Shown piece by piece: positions 47,566 to 58,622 of a stretch of DNA of 64,000 bases. Position 1 is the stretch's first letter. Each line of letters starts with the position of its first letter. This stretch comes from an uncultured Gammaproteobacteria bacterium (lineage in GTDB: Bacteria > Pseudomonadota > Gammaproteobacteria > GCA-001735895). The DNA is taken from the NCBI GenBank assembly GCA_964480635.1, contig CAYZQE010000001.1:8812-72811 (forward strand), written 5' to 3'. The notes under the pieces are model-generated. The model made no database searches, was not told the origin of the DNA, and worked only from the letters and a program-made list of their open reading frames with translations. A program made the translations under genes and the position numbers.

Positions 47566-49680
47566 TTAAGTCTTGCTACCCCCTTGAACTCCAGCTTGAG
47601 GGTTGCCAACACTGGCTATGACCTTAATTTGCTTATCTTCTGGTATCTCTTCATAACTCAAAATATGCAAGCCTTGAATACCATGCCTTAACATGCGAGC
47701 CAAAAAGGTGCGTAATGCTTGAGACACTAACAACACGGCTGGTTCGCCTTTGGCTTGCTGCTTTTGCGTCGCTTCATTCAATGAGCTATGCAATAACTGA
47801 GCAATGCCAGGCTCTAAAGCCATGGCGACACCATCAGTGCCTTGAATATTCTTTTGCAATAACTGTTCCAATGTTGGGTGAAGCGTCATAATAGATAGCT
47901 CTGAAGCCATTCCAAAGATGTTTTGAACAATTTGACGCCCTAAATTGACGCGTACAAATGACGTTAAAATGGCAGGTTCTTGACTTTTATTGCCCTGCTC
48001 TGCCAAAGATTCGGCGATAGAGCGCAAATCTCTAATGGACACCTGCTCTTGTAATAAATTTTGAAACACCTTAACAATGACATTCAGCGCTAAAGGCTTA
48101 GGCGTGAGCTCTTCAACTAATTTTGGCGCGGTGCGCTTAAGCACGTCCATTAATTTTTGCACTTCTTCATGGCCTATTAATTCATGCGCATTATCTTGTA
48201 ACATTTGGCTTAAATGGGTTGCAATAACGGTGGAGGCATCCACCACGGTGTAACCCATCACTTGGGCTTGATCTCTTAAAGCAGGATCAATCCAAACCGC
48301 ATCTAAACCAAAGGCAGGATCTTTGGTGGGAATGCCATTTAGCTCGCCATAGACTGTGCCTGGGTTTATGGCCATGTCTTGCCCAGGTTGTATTTCAGCT
48401 TCGCCCATCGGTACGCCTAACAAACTTAAACGATAGGTATTGGCAGGCAAATCTAAATTATCTCGAATATGCACGGACTGAACTAAAAACCCCAGTTCTT
48501 GTGACAACTTTTTACGCACTCCTTTAATGCGCGTCATTAACTCGCCGCCTTGTTTTTTATCCACCAATGAAATTAAGCCATAGCCTACTTCTAAACCAAT
48601 CATGTCCACAGTTTCAACATCATCCCAACTGAGCTCTTTTTGCCCAGGCTCAACGGGTAAGACTTCGGCTTGTTTCACTTCTGTTTCTTGAAGCACGGCT
48701 TGTTTATTTTTTTGCACCACCGACCAAGCTACAGCACCTGCAATAGCCGCAATGGTTAAGAATGAAAACGTTGGCATACCTGGGATAATACCCATAAAAG
48801 CAATAATGCTTGCCGCCACAATGATTGACCTTGGGTCTTTAAACATTTGCGTAAACACTTGTGATGACATTTTTTCTGATGCTGAAACGCGGGTCACGAT
48901 AATCGCAGTAGCCACTGATAAAATAAGCGATGGTATTTGCGCAACTAAACCATCACCAATGGTTAGGATGGTATAGTTTTCTACCGCTACCGACATGCTT
49001 AGGTCGTGCTGTAACATACCAATAGCGATGCCACCGATAATATTGATGAATAAAATTAAGATGCCTGCAATCGCATCACCACGAACAAACTTACTCGCGC
49101 CATCCATCGAGCCATAAAAATCAGCTTCTTGGGCAACTTCTGTACGACGCAACCTGGCTTCGTCTTGGGTGCATAAACCGGCATTTAAATCGGCATCTAT
49201 AGCCATTTGTTTGCCGGGCATGGCATCTAAGGTAAACCGCGCGCTAACTTCTGAGACACGCCCTGCACCTTTTGTAACCACCACAAAGTTAATAATAACT
49301 AAGATCGCAAACACCACTAAACCTACTGCGTAATTACCACCAATAACAAAACCACCAAACGCTTCGATGACCTTGCCAGCGGCTGCTCCACCGGTATGGC
49401 CTTCTAGCAAAACAACTCGCGTTGAGGCAATGTTTAGCGCTAAACGCAACAGGGTCGCAATTAATATAATGGTTGGGAAAACCGTAAAGTCGAGTGGCCT
49501 TAAGGCATACACAGACACTAACAACACCACCAAACTAAAAGCAATATTGAAGGTGAAAAACAAATCTAATAACAATGGTGGCATGGGTAGCACCACCATT
49601 GATAGCATCACAATTAATAACAGTGGCGCTCCCAAGCCGGCAAACTTTATATTTTTTAATTGCTCTAATGCATTACCCAT
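47566..49680 (-). CDS. flhA: flagellar type III export apparatus protein FlhA
   Basis: It is 704 aa with an N-terminal 8-TM domain plus a cytoplasmic domain, which is the typical FlhA architecture. Confidence 0.9.
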   Translation of the reverse strand: MGNALEQLKNIKFAGLGAPLLLIVMLSMVVLPMPPLLLDLFFTFNIAFSLVVLLVSVYALRPLDFTVFPTIILIATLLRLALNIASTRVVLLEGHTGGAAAGKVIEAFGGFVIGGNYAVGLVVFAILVIINFVVVTKGAGRVSEVSARFTLDAMPGKQMAIDADLNAGLCTQDEARLRRTEVAQEADFYGSMDGASKFVRGDAIAGILILFINIIGGIAIGMLQHDLSMSVAVENYTILTIGDGLVAQIPSLILSVATAIIVTRVSASEKMSSQVFTQMFKDPRSIIVAASIIAFMGIIPGMPTFSFLTIAAIAGAVAWSVVQKNKQAVLQETEVKQAEVLPVEPGQKELSWDDVETVDMIGLEVGYGLISLVDKKQGGELMTRIKGVRKKLSQELGFLVQSVHIRDNLDLPANTYRLSLLGVPMGEAEIQPGQDMAINPGTVYGELNGIPTKDPAFGLDAVWIDPALRDQAQVMGYTVVDASTVIATHLSQMLQDNAHELIGHEEVQKLMDVLKRTAPKLVEELTPKPLALNVIVKVFQNLLQEQVSIRDLRSIAESLAEQGNKSQEPAILTSFVRVNLGRQIVQNIFGMASELSIMTLHPTLEQLLQKNIQGTDGVAMALEPGIAQLLHSSLNEATQKQQAKGEPAVLLVSQALRTFLARMLRHGIQGLHILSYEEIPEDKQIKVIASVGNPQAGVQGGSKT

Positions 49681-49682
49681 GT

Positions 49683-50810
49683 TTATTTCTCTTCTTCTGG
49701 AGGTATGTAAGGATCAGGACGTTTCGGCATTGGTAAGCCTTGTTCTTTGACCGTGCGTAATTGAAAGACAAAGGCTAAAATTTGTGCGACTGCAAAAAAT
49801 AAATGTGCTGGAATTTCTTGTTGAATGTCACAACTGGCAAACAAAGCTCTTGCTAGTGGTGGTGCTTCAAATATTTCAATATCGTTTTCTTTGGCAATTT
49901 CTCTTATGCGCAAAGCAATTAAATCTTTACCTTTGGCGAGTACTTTTGGTACCGCCATATTGTCTGGGTTATATTGTAAAGCAACGGCAAAATGAGTTGG
50001 GTTGGTAATAATAACGTCGGCTTGCGGCACATCTTCCATCATCCGTTTTTGCGCCATTTCTTGCTGTAATTGTCTAATTTTAGATTTAATTTCAGGTTTC
50101 CCTTCGGTATTTTTCATTTCATCTCGCACTTCTTGCAAAGTCATTTTTAATTCTTTGATATGTTGAAACACTTGAAAAGGCACATCAATGGCGGCAATAA
50201 GAATTAAGCCCGTCGATAAAATTAAAAAGCTATAAACAAACAACCAAGCTCCATGCACCATGGCTTCGTCAAATGACTCTCGCCCTAAATTAATCAAGTC
50301 TTGATGAAACAAAATGTAGATGATGTAAGCAGCCATCGCAACAACAAACACCTTGCCAATGGCTTTCAATAACTCCATTAAAGCTTTGACAGAAAACATA
50401 CGTTTTATGCCAGCCGCAGGGTTAATACGGCTAAACTTTGGTGTAATTTGGTCTGAACTCATAATCCACCCGCCTAGCAAAGCAGGTGTAAAAATAGCGA
50501 CTATAGCCATGAGCATTAAAAATGGCGTAATGGCCCATAATGCCGAAAATAGCGCCTCGCCAAATCGAGTGACCATAATATCTGGCGCCATCAATTCTTC
50601 ACGTGTAAGCGTCCAGCCCTGCTTCATCATTTCGCTTAGATCTTCGATCATTTTTTGACCGAACATAATAAAACCAATAGCACCAAACACCATAATAGTC
50701 ATCGCATTAAGTTCTTTTGAACGCGGAACTTGCCCTTTGTCACGAGCATCTTTTAGCTTTTTTTCGGTGGGTTCTTGGTCTTTTTCTTGTCCGCTTTCGC
50801 TTTCAGCCAT
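49683..50810 (-). CDS. flhB: flagellar export switch protein FlhB
   Basis: It is 375 aa with 4 TM helices and the NPTH autocleavage site (ITNPTHFAVAL). Confidence 0.9.
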   Translation of the reverse strand: MAESESGQEKDQEPTEKKLKDARDKGQVPRSKELNAMTIMVFGAIGFIMFGQKMIEDLSEMMKQGWTLTREELMAPDIMVTRFGEALFSALWAITPFLMLMAIVAIFTPALLGGWIMSSDQITPKFSRINPAAGIKRMFSVKALMELLKAIGKVFVVAMAAYIIYILFHQDLINLGRESFDEAMVHGAWLFVYSFLILSTGLILIAAIDVPFQVFQHIKELKMTLQEVRDEMKNTEGKPEIKSKIRQLQQEMAQKRMMEDVPQADVIITNPTHFAVALQYNPDNMAVPKVLAKGKDLIALRIREIAKENDIEIFEAPPLARALFASCDIQQEIPAHLFFAVAQILAFVFQLRTVKEQGLPMPKRPDPYIPPEEEK

Positions 50811-51628
50811 TAGGGAGCTCCTCCCCCTATGCCCACCCCTATCGCAGCAGGGGGGCTTATCTGCGCTATTGCCTGGCTCACTTGCATGGCATCAAACAAC
50901 ATGCGACTAAAGTGATCTGGAAAAGTAGGCATAATTAACATAACGATTACAAAGCCCATAAAAATGGTCACTGGGAAACCCACCGAAAAGATATTAAGTT
51001 GCGGTGCCGCTCGTGTCATAACACCCATGGCTAGGGTTAACACTAAAATTGATATGAGGGCAGGAATAGCCAACCAAATCGCCCCGACAAACATCGTTGA
51101 ACCCCAACTGACAATGGCCCAAAAACTATCTCGTGAAATGCCTATTTCGGCAATAGGCAGAGTCGTAAAACTATTCACTAATAACTGAATTAACATCAAA
51201 TGCCCCCCTAATGACAAAAACAACAAGGTGCCCATTATGAGAAAAAACTGAGATAAAACAGGCACACTCACTCCATTTTGAGGGTCTATCATGGTGGCAA
51301 AACCTAAACCCATACCCATTGAAATAGCCTCACCTGCAATTAATAATGCGCCCATTACCAGCTGTAAAATAAACCCCATGGCAATGCCAATAAGCACTTG
51401 CTGCACTGAAATTAATAAGCCACTTAGCGATAAAGGCTCTACTGCGGGTACTTCAGGAATTAAGGGGAATACTAATATGGTGATCGCCATTGACAGTAAA
51501 ACACGAACTCTGGTTGGCACGAGTCTCGTACCCAACACTGGGATAGCCATTAACATGGCGCTGATGCGCATAAATGGCCAAAGTAACGACCCCACAAAAG
51601 CAGTCGCTTCTGCAGCAGAAATTTCCAT
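50810..51628 (-). CDS. fliR: flagellar export protein FliR
   Basis: It is a 272-aa polytopic membrane protein positioned between fliQ and flhB. Confidence 0.8.
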   Translation of the reverse strand: MEISAAEATAFVGSLLWPFMRISAMLMAIPVLGTRLVPTRVRVLLSMAITILVFPLIPEVPAVEPLSLSGLLISVQQVLIGIAMGFILQLVMGALLIAGEAISMGMGLGFATMIDPQNGVSVPVLSQFFLIMGTLLFLSLGGHLMLIQLLVNSFTTLPIAEIGISRDSFWAIVSWGSTMFVGAIWLAIPALISILVLTLAMGVMTRAAPQLNIFSVGFPVTIFMGFVIVMLIMPTFPDHFSRMLFDAMQVSQAIAQISPPAAIGVGIGGGAP

Positions 51629-51897
51629 TAGCCGATAAGCCCTGGAATGTTAAGATAAAGTTCGCGCGTATAATTAACCAGTAAATCTAACATCCATGGC
51701 CCTGCTACCATTAAAGCGATGACTAAAATAAATAACTTAGGGATAAAGCTTAAGGTCATTTCGTTGATTTGAGTGGCTGCTTGAAACATACCCACTGTTA
51801 AGCCAATTACCAATGCAGAGATAAGCATTGGTGCCGCTAACAACACTACAATGTAGAGCGCCTGCTGCGAAAGATCAATAATGGTGTCTTCATTCAT
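51628..51897 (-). CDS. fliQ: flagellar export protein FliQ
   Basis: It is 89 aa with 2 TM helices, positioned after fliP. Confidence 0.85.
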   Translation of the reverse strand: MNEDTIIDLSQQALYIVVLLAAPMLISALVIGLTVGMFQAATQINEMTLSFIPKLFILVIALMVAGPWMLDLLVNYTRELYLNIPGLIG

Positions 51898-51906
51898 TTT
51901 TAAGCC

Positions 51907-52722
51907 TTATGTTGCGACTAAAAAACTGGTAGCGAGCATGCCCATTATTAATGCCCATCCATCCACCAGTACAAACAGCATTAATTTAAACGGTAATGAA
52001 ATCATCATGGGTGACAGCATCATCATACCCATCGACATTAAGACACTGGCGACCACCAAATCTATAATAACAAAAGGCACGAACACCAAAAAACCAATTT
52101 GAAAGGCCGTTTTTAACTCACTGGTGACAAAAGCAGGCATTAATAAGGTAAAAGGTGTGTCTTCTGGTGATTGAATATGCTCTACGCCTGCGATATCGGC
52201 AAACATTCGAATATCGGTCTCACGCGTTTGCGCTAGCATAAATGTTTTAATTGGCCCTGAGCCTTTTTCTATGGCTTGAAATACACTGAGTTCTTGTTCC
52301 AAATAAGGCTGTACCGCTACTTCATTTATTTCTTGAAAAACGGGGGTCATAATAAAAAGGGTTAAAAACAACGCCAAACCTAAAATGATTTGATTCGACG
52401 GTGTTTGGGCGGTACCTATGGCTTGGCGTAAAATACCCAAAACAATGACAATTCGAGTGAACGAGGTCATCATTAGTAACATCGCAGGCAATAAGGTCAA
52501 CACCGTCATTAACGCAATAATTTCTATGGTGACGCTATAGCTTTGTCCATCGGCTGCGCCGCCTTGAACCGTAATAGCAGGGATACCGGTATTAGCGACT
52601 TGAGCAAAAGCATCTATGCCAATCAGTGACAAACCCAAAATGGTCACTATTTTTAAAAATAATGGCTTAATCATTAATTTTACCACCGTCTGCTTTTTTA
52701 TTTTTAAGCGCTTGTTTATCAA
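51907..52722 (-). CDS. fliP: flagellar export protein FliP
   Basis: It is 271 aa with a signal peptide and 4 TM helices. Confidence 0.9.
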   Translation of the reverse strand: MINKRLKIKKQTVVKLMIKPLFLKIVTILGLSLIGIDAFAQVANTGIPAITVQGGAADGQSYSVTIEIIALMTVLTLLPAMLLMMTSFTRIVIVLGILRQAIGTAQTPSNQIILGLALFLTLFIMTPVFQEINEVAVQPYLEQELSVFQAIEKGSGPIKTFMLAQTRETDIRMFADIAGVEHIQSPEDTPFTLLMPAFVTSELKTAFQIGFLVFVPFVIIDLVVASVLMSMGMMMLSPMMISLPFKLMLFVLVDGWALIMGMLATSFLVAT

Positions 52723-53110
52723 TTAGGCTATTAAACTTTGATTTAAACGATACGTTCGTCGAATTAGACGTATCAACGGGTGTTTTTAAACTGTGTAATT
52801 TAGATATTTTTCCAGGCGATAATGCAATTAATAGCTGCTCATCTCCCACTTGAATTAATGCGATTCGGTCTCGTGAGCCAACCGATAAGGTGGATATTAT
52901 TTTTATCAATCCTTGGCTTTGATGAGGGATAACGTTAAAACGCTTTACCATCCATGCTAGTAAAAAAATAATACCAACGACTAAGCCTAACGATAACAAA
53001 AGTTTCGTTATGTAGTCACCGGTTAGTGGCCCAGTCACTGTTTTATCAGTTGCCGCATTAACGCTGGCTGATAAGTAAAAACAAAAAAATAAAACGGCTT
53101 TTATTTTCAT
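52667..53110 (-). CDS. fliO: flagellar protein FliO
   Basis: It is a 147-aa single-TM protein between fliN and fliP. Its 3' end overlaps the fliP start as is common. Confidence 0.5.
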   Translation of the reverse strand: MKIKAVLFFCFYLSASVNAATDKTVTGPLTGDYITKLLLSLGLVVGIIFLLAWMVKRFNVIPHQSQGLIKIISTLSVGSRDRIALIQVGDEQLLIALSPGKISKLHSLKTPVDTSNSTNVSFKSKFNSLIDKQALKNKKADGGKIND

Positions 53111-53532
53111 TATTTTAAATTTTTAATACGTTCTGCTGGGCTAATAACATCGGTTAAGCGAATGCCAAATTTTTCATTAACCACCACCACTTCGCCATGG
53201 GCAACTAAGGTATTGTTGACCAATACATCCATTGGCTCACCTGCTAATCGATCAAGTTCTACGACTGAGCCTTGATTGAGTTGCAATAGATTGCGAATAC
53301 TAATTTTAGTACGACCTATTTCCATGGCTACGGTAACAGGTATGTCTAAAATCACATCTAACTTAGCATCACCCGTTGTAAACTCGCCGCCAGAGTCTGA
53401 TAACTCATCCATTTCTGCTACTTCAGGTTCATCTCGAGAAGGCGGCCCATCTACATCTTCCTGTTCTTCCATTGCAGCGGCCCATTCATCGGCCATCGCA
53501 TCTTGGTCTACATTTTCGTCTTCATCACTCAT
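53110..53532 (-). CDS. fliN: flagellar motor switch protein FliN
   Basis: It is 140 aa with an acidic N-terminus and a C-terminal SpoA-type domain (LVNNTLVAHGEVVVVNEKFGIRLTDVI). Confidence 0.85.
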   Translation of the reverse strand: MSDEDENVDQDAMADEWAAAMEEQEDVDGPPSRDEPEVAEMDELSDSGGEFTTGDAKLDVILDIPVTVAMEIGRTKISIRNLLQLNQGSVVELDRLAGEPMDVLVNNTLVAHGEVVVVNEKFGIRLTDVISPAERIKNLK

Positions 53533-53544
53533 TCGTTTTTCCTC

Positions 53545-54603
53545 TTATTTTTTCTTGCGGCTTTTAGCAATATCACTGGATGAGGCTCTATTTCCTTTTA
53601 AGGCTGCTGTAATTTCCTTATTCTCCATATCAAACAGCTCAATTATTTCGGTGACAGATATTGCTGCCTTATCATTATGCTGACCATACTTGCCCCTTAA
53701 TACCGGCATTTCTTCTGCTAGTAATAGAACACTTTCTGGCATATCAAAAGGGATGATGTCGCCTTCTTTTAAATCAACTAAGTCTGAAAACTTCATTTCT
53801 TTTTCACCCAGCAAAGCCGACACTTCGACTTTGGCGTGCATTAATTCTTCACGTAATAAAATAGCCCAACGCTCATCAGCCTCACCAAGGTCGCTCTGTA
53901 CGCCAGCATCTAGCATTGTTCTAATGGGTTCTATCATTGAATAAGGTAAAACAAAGTGGATGTCACCACCGCCACCATCCAGCTCGATATGAAAGCTTGA
54001 AACCACAATAACTTCTGAAGGGCTAACGATATTAGCCATATGGGGATTCACTTCATGACTGTGGTAAGAGAAATCAACGCTCATTACTGGCATCCAAGCT
54101 TTGACCATGTCGTCAAAAATCATATGCACGACTTTTTCTATGACTCGAAGTTCAGTATGAGTAAATTCTCGACCTTCTATTTTGGCGTGAATCGAACCAT
54201 CACCACCAAAAAAATTATCGACGATAATAAACACAAGCTTAGGATCCATCATCACTAAACCCGTACCGCTTAAAGGCTTCATCTTCATTAAGCTTAAGCT
54301 GGTAGGCACGAACAAACTGTGAATATATTCTGAAAACTTAACCATCTGAATACCATTCACCGAGAGTTCGGCTGTTTTACGCAACATATCAAAAACACTG
54401 ACACGAAAATAACGAGCAAAACGCTCATTGATCATTTCAAGGGTCGGTAAACGTCCTCTAACGATCCGTTCTTGATTATTAAAATCAAAACTTCTGGCCT
54501 CACCATCTTCAACTTCATCTTCAGACGTGGTATCAACCGCACCGTCATCGACACCATGCAATAAGGCATCAACTTCATCTTGGCTTAAAATATCAGTGCT
54601 CAT
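53545..54603 (-). CDS. fliM: flagellar motor switch protein FliM
   Basis: It has the N-terminal CheY-P binding peptide 'ILSQDEVDALLHGV'. It is 352 aa. Confidence 0.9.
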   Translation of the reverse strand: MSTDILSQDEVDALLHGVDDGAVDTTSEDEVEDGEARSFDFNNQERIVRGRLPTLEMINERFARYFRVSVFDMLRKTAELSVNGIQMVKFSEYIHSLFVPTSLSLMKMKPLSGTGLVMMDPKLVFIIVDNFFGGDGSIHAKIEGREFTHTELRVIEKVVHMIFDDMVKAWMPVMSVDFSYHSHEVNPHMANIVSPSEVIVVSSFHIELDGGGGDIHFVLPYSMIEPIRTMLDAGVQSDLGEADERWAILLREELMHAKVEVSALLGEKEMKFSDLVDLKEGDIIPFDMPESVLLLAEEMPVLRGKYGQHNDKAAISVTEIIELFDMENKEITAALKGNRASSSDIAKSRKKK

Positions 54604-54639
54604 TTCCTACTCATTTTGTTTTTATAATATTTATCTTGC

Positions 54640-55155
54640 TTACTGCATAACAAAGTCAGTAAAGAAAATATTTTCAACTTCTCCACCACTGCCATACTTA
54701 TCGATAACATCTTGTACCGTTTCAAGCACTTGTTGTTGTAATTTAGCCTTACCTTCTGACGTGCGTAAATCGGCTGATTTTTGTAACCCAAACATGGTGA
54801 ATAGATTATTTTTAATCAACGGCATATGCGTTGTTAGCTCTTCCCCTACTTCGTCGGAATAGGTTAAAATTTGTATACCCACCTGTAAGAAACCAACGGG
54901 ATCATTTGGGTCTAAATTAACCGTAAAGGCCGGTTTAATTTCAATATAAACAGGGTCTCCTTTAGGTTCGACTTCAACCACTTCTTCTGTAGCGGCGTCT
55001 GAAGCATCTTCATCACCCCCCATTAAAAACAGGGTAGCACCAACGGCAATGCCAATTAATAACACGGCGCCACCGATGATCATCATCATTTTTTTCTTAC
55101 CGCCACTACCTTCTTCGCCGTCTTCAGCTTCTTCGGTTTTTTGTTCTTTAGCCAT
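54640..55155 (-). CDS. fliL: flagellar basal-body-associated protein FliL
   Basis: It is a 171-aa single-TM protein with a basic N-terminus, first in the fliLMNOPQR order. Confidence 0.7.
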   Translation of the reverse strand: MAKEQKTEEAEDGEEGSGGKKKMMMIIGGAVLLIGIAVGATLFLMGGDEDASDAATEEVVEVEPKGDPVYIEIKPAFTVNLDPNDPVGFLQVGIQILTYSDEVGEELTTHMPLIKNNLFTMFGLQKSADLRTSEGKAKLQQQVLETVQDVIDKYGSGGEVENIFFTDFVMQ

Positions 55156-55230
55156 TTTTGTTTCCTCTTTTGCTCAATATGATAAATCAGACACGTTTGA
55201 GCTTAGTTTTATTATATAAAGTTTTGTTAA

Positions 55231-55246
55231 GCAGATTGCATGCCAA
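55231..55246 (-). promoter_or_regulatory. candidate sigma-54 promoter for the fliL operon
   Basis: The minus strand reads TTGGCATGCAATCTGCTT, with GG and GC separated by 10 nt as in TGGCAC-N5-TTGCA. It lies about 80 nt upstream of the fliL start. Confidence 0.3.
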
Positions 55247-55346
55247 TAAATAAAACAAAGTAATTTCAAACACTTAGGCTTATTAATTAGAATGATTTTA
55301 GGGTTTGTCAATAAAAGAGCGCTAATTTCGACAAAATAATGACGTT

Positions 55347-55661
55347 TTAAGAAAGATACGTACAATAGTAGTCCGTGATGCTAAAAATCTTTAGTTGAAA
55401 TTTAGAGTTAGCCGCAACAGTAAATGATTCTCCACCTTTAACCGCAAGCCAATCTGTCGCATTTGGCAACATCACCTCTAATTCACCCGATAAAATTTCC
55501 ATGATTTCTTTTTCGGCTGTACCGAACTCATACTCACCCGGCATCATCACACCTAAAGATTGCTTTGAACCATCGGCTAAAACAAAACTGCGGCTGGTGA
55601 CTTTGCCGTCAAAATAGCTGTTAACTTCTTTTGTTAATGTTACATTTTTTATTTCTGACAT
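55347..55661 (-). CDS. ppnP: pyrimidine/purine nucleoside phosphorylase PpnP (YaiE, DUF1255 cupin)
   Basis: 'NSYFDGKVTSRSF...GVMMPGEYEFGTAEKEIMEILSGELEVMLPNATDW...FQLKI...DYYCTYL' aligns closely with E. coli YaiE. Confidence 0.8.
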   Translation of the reverse strand: MSEIKNVTLTKEVNSYFDGKVTSRSFVLADGSKQSLGVMMPGEYEFGTAEKEIMEILSGELEVMLPNATDWLAVKGGESFTVAANSKFQLKIFSITDYYCTYLS

Positions 55662-55695
55662 ATCTTTTCTCTCTAGTTGTAAGCGATAGCCTCAA

Positions 55696-56940
55696 TCACT
55701 GCCATAAGCGTTCAATTTCTGCTTTTAATATAGCAATACCTTTTTTAATTTGTGCTTCACTTTGCACAATATTCATTCGAATACATTCGTGCTGATGCTC
55801 ATCATCGTCATTTCTGCCGGGATAAAAATATTCACCGGGCACAACAAGCAGACCTTTTTCCTTAAGACGTTGATATAGCTCTGTGGTACTTATCCCTAAT
55901 GACTTAAAACGTAACCACACAAAAATTGCACCTTCTGGCTGATGAATACTAAAACGTTCATCCGAAATGGCTGATTTTAATAAAGACACAATTAAGTCCA
56001 CCTTTTGCTGATAAAAAGGTTTAATCGTGTTTTGACATAAATCATCTAGCACATCGGTTTTTATCATTTGAGTGACTATTGAAGCGCCAATACCAACTGG
56101 TGACAAACTATGATTTGCAGTGATATTGGACAAGGTTTTTATAATTTCTTCTTGGGCAATCACAATACCGGTTCGCACTCCAGGTAAGCCCAGTTTAGAT
56201 AAGCTCATACACACAATCGTATTGCTATTCCAAAAGGGCTGAATCTGGCTAAACACAATACTAGGAAACGGCGTACCGTAAGCATTGTCTATCAACAAAG
56301 GTAATTTATATTGCCTAGCTAAGGCATCTAACCTTTTTATTTCATCGTCACTCAACACATTACCACTCGGGTTTGTCGGTCGAGACACGGTCATTAAACC
56401 AATCGTTTCATCTAAGGGTAAGTGATCAAAATCGACATGATATTTAAAAAAACCATTTGCTTTCTCTTCAATCAAGGCGGGATGACCAATAAGTTGATCA
56501 CCTCTAATACCGACATCACTATAGCCAAGATATTCAGGTGTTAATGGCAGCAATACCTTTTTATTAATCCCTTGCGAATTTTCGCCTGAGAACATGTTAA
56601 ACAGTGAAAAAAATGAATTTTGGCTGCCTTGAGTCAAGGCAATATTTTTTCGTGATAACGTCCATCCAAATTTACTTTGAAAATAATCAACTAAAGCATC
56701 TAAGAAAGAATCTTTTCCTTGTGGCCCATCATAGTTAGCAATAGCATTCATCAATTCACCAGAATTCAATTGCTGCTGCAAAATACTATTAACTTCTATT
56801 TGTACCTGTTTTATCGCTGCGGGGTTACCGCCACCTAACATGACGACATCTTCTCGTAAGAGACCTTCATTGAGATCATCCATTAATTGAGTAATGCCAG
56901 AAAAACGATTAAATCGGTCGCCAAAATTTGAATAGTTCAT
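55696..56940 (-). CDS. avtA: valine-pyruvate aminotransferase AvtA (PLP-dependent)
   Basis: It aligns with E. coli AvtA along its full length from memory (FGDRFNRFSGITQLMDDLNEGL...MLGGGNPA...NYDGPQGK...VSRPTNPSGNV...CMSLSKLGLPGVRTGI...). It is 414 aa. Confidence 0.8.
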   Translation of the reverse strand: MNYSNFGDRFNRFSGITQLMDDLNEGLLREDVVMLGGGNPAAIKQVQIEVNSILQQQLNSGELMNAIANYDGPQGKDSFLDALVDYFQSKFGWTLSRKNIALTQGSQNSFFSLFNMFSGENSQGINKKVLLPLTPEYLGYSDVGIRGDQLIGHPALIEEKANGFFKYHVDFDHLPLDETIGLMTVSRPTNPSGNVLSDDEIKRLDALARQYKLPLLIDNAYGTPFPSIVFSQIQPFWNSNTIVCMSLSKLGLPGVRTGIVIAQEEIIKTLSNITANHSLSPVGIGASIVTQMIKTDVLDDLCQNTIKPFYQQKVDLIVSLLKSAISDERFSIHQPEGAIFVWLRFKSLGISTTELYQRLKEKGLLVVPGEYFYPGRNDDDEHQHECIRMNIVQSEAQIKKGIAILKAEIERLWQ

Positions 56941-57449
56941 AGTATAGAAGGGTCTCTAAAACCTTATTAAAAAACAAAAATTTAAAATAACTAAAGCATT
57001 CTCTGGATAAGTCTAGTCATCAACCCAGTGCTTAATGCAACGCTCAATAAAATGTACCGTTTTCATTATTTTATGATACAAAGAACCGTCATAATATTTC
57101 TAACTAACGACCAACTTTTTTAATCTAAGCTTAGGGGCATACTATAAAAAACAATGTTGCAATAACATAAAGAACATCTTCACCCCATATAAAATAATGA
57201 TTGCCTAGATATAGTGAATCCTTTTAAAAAGAATGGCTTATCAAACATACGTAAAAGAATTAATCATTCATTGACAAATTCAATCAAACTTTAATGGAGC
57301 TTTAATGAGCCTACGACTTTAGTCTAATGCGGTTTTAAGTAGGCTAAAAGATTTAATTTTGCACTGTTGCAATCTAAATCCAGAGTGTTACATTGCCTGT
57401 CATAGTGAAAGAAGCTATATCTAAAAAATTATATTTCAGAGGAATATCA

Positions 57450-58457
57450 ATGAATAAATTAACAACTACTATTGCTTTAGGCGCTGCCCTAGCAATTTCT
57501 GTAACAACTGCATCTGCTGACACGTTAAGTGAAGTTAAAAAGAAAGGCTACGTCCAATGTGGCGTTAGTACTGGTTTAGGCGGCTTTTCTAGCGCTGATG
57601 CCAAAGGTAACTGGCAAGGTATGGACGTTGATGTTTGCCGTTCAGTTGCTGCCGCTGTACTAGGCGATGCTAATGCCGTTAAATTCACACCGTTAACAGC
57701 TAAAGAGCGTTTCACTGCTTTACAGTCTGGCGAAATTGACATTCTTTCTCGTAACACGACTTGGACTTTAACGCGTGATGCATCACTTGGCTTAAACTTT
57801 GCTGGTGTTAACTACTATGATGGTCAAGGCTTCATGGTGACTAAATCTTTAGGTGTTAAATCTGCATTAGAATTAGACGGCGCTGCTGTTTGTATTCAAG
57901 CGGGTACTACATCTGAATTGAACCTTGCTGATTATTTTGGCGAGCATGGCATGAAGTATAAAGCAGTTACTTATGATTCATCTGATGCAACTATCAAAGG
58001 TTTTGAAGCCGGTCGTTGTGACATGTTGACATCTGATCAATCTCAGCTTTATTCTCTACGTATCAAATTAAAGAACCCTGGTTCTGCCATGGTACTTCCA
58101 GAAGTTATTTCTAAAGAGCCTTTAGGTCCTGTTGTTGCTCAAGGCGATGACAAATGGTTTAACATTGTTAAATGGTCTCATAACGCTATGTTAAACGCTG
58201 AAGAGCTTGGCTTAACATCTGCTAACGTTGATAGCATGATGTCTAGCAAAAACCCTGCAATCGCTCGTATGTTAAGCGGTCAAGGCGAAAAGCTTGGTTT
58301 ACATGATAGCTGGTCTTACAACATCATCAAGCAAGTGGGCAACTACGGCGAATCTTTCGAGCGCAACGTAGGCATGGATTCACCTCTTAAAATTTCACGC
58401 GGCTTAAACGCATTGTGGAACAAAGGCGGCTTAATGTACGCACCACCTATTCGTTAA
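57450..58457 (+). CDS. general L-amino-acid ABC transporter periplasmic substrate-binding protein (AapJ/BztA/YhdW family)
   Basis: It has a signal peptide (MNKLTTTIALGAALAISVTTASA) and a type-3 SBP fold, and is 336 aa. An AGAGGA RBS precedes the ATG at 57450. Confidence 0.75.
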   Translation: MNKLTTTIALGAALAISVTTASADTLSEVKKKGYVQCGVSTGLGGFSSADAKGNWQGMDVDVCRSVAAAVLGDANAVKFTPLTAKERFTALQSGEIDILSRNTTWTLTRDASLGLNFAGVNYYDGQGFMVTKSLGVKSALELDGAAVCIQAGTTSELNLADYFGEHGMKYKAVTYDSSDATIKGFEAGRCDMLTSDQSQLYSLRIKLKNPGSAMVLPEVISKEPLGPVVAQGDDKWFNIVKWSHNAMLNAEELGLTSANVDSMMSSKNPAIARMLSGQGEKLGLHDSWSYNIIKQVGNYGESFERNVGMDSPLKISRGLNALWNKGGLMYAPPIR

Positions 58458-58470
58458 TTCGAATTTAAGA

Positions 58471-58500
58471 AAGGGGCATAATTTATGCCCCTTTTTTTCT
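58471..58500 (+). terminator. rho-independent terminator after the substrate-binding protein gene
   Basis: The stem aaggggcata / tatgcccctt has a 3-nt loop and is followed by TTTTTTT. Confidence 0.6.
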
Positions 58501-58622
58501 TTATTTATCCAGTATTTTTTTTACTATAAGACAAATACTGAATAAATAACAATAATAGAAACGACTTAGTTTGCTTTATTCTAACCATTAAGTCATACAA
58601 TAATTATAAATTGGAGTACACA

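Noticed and set aside
55174-55365. A 63-aa ORF lies upstream of fliL.
   Set aside because: It is AT-rich low-complexity sequence inside the fliL promoter region and overlaps the candidate sigma-54 promoter.
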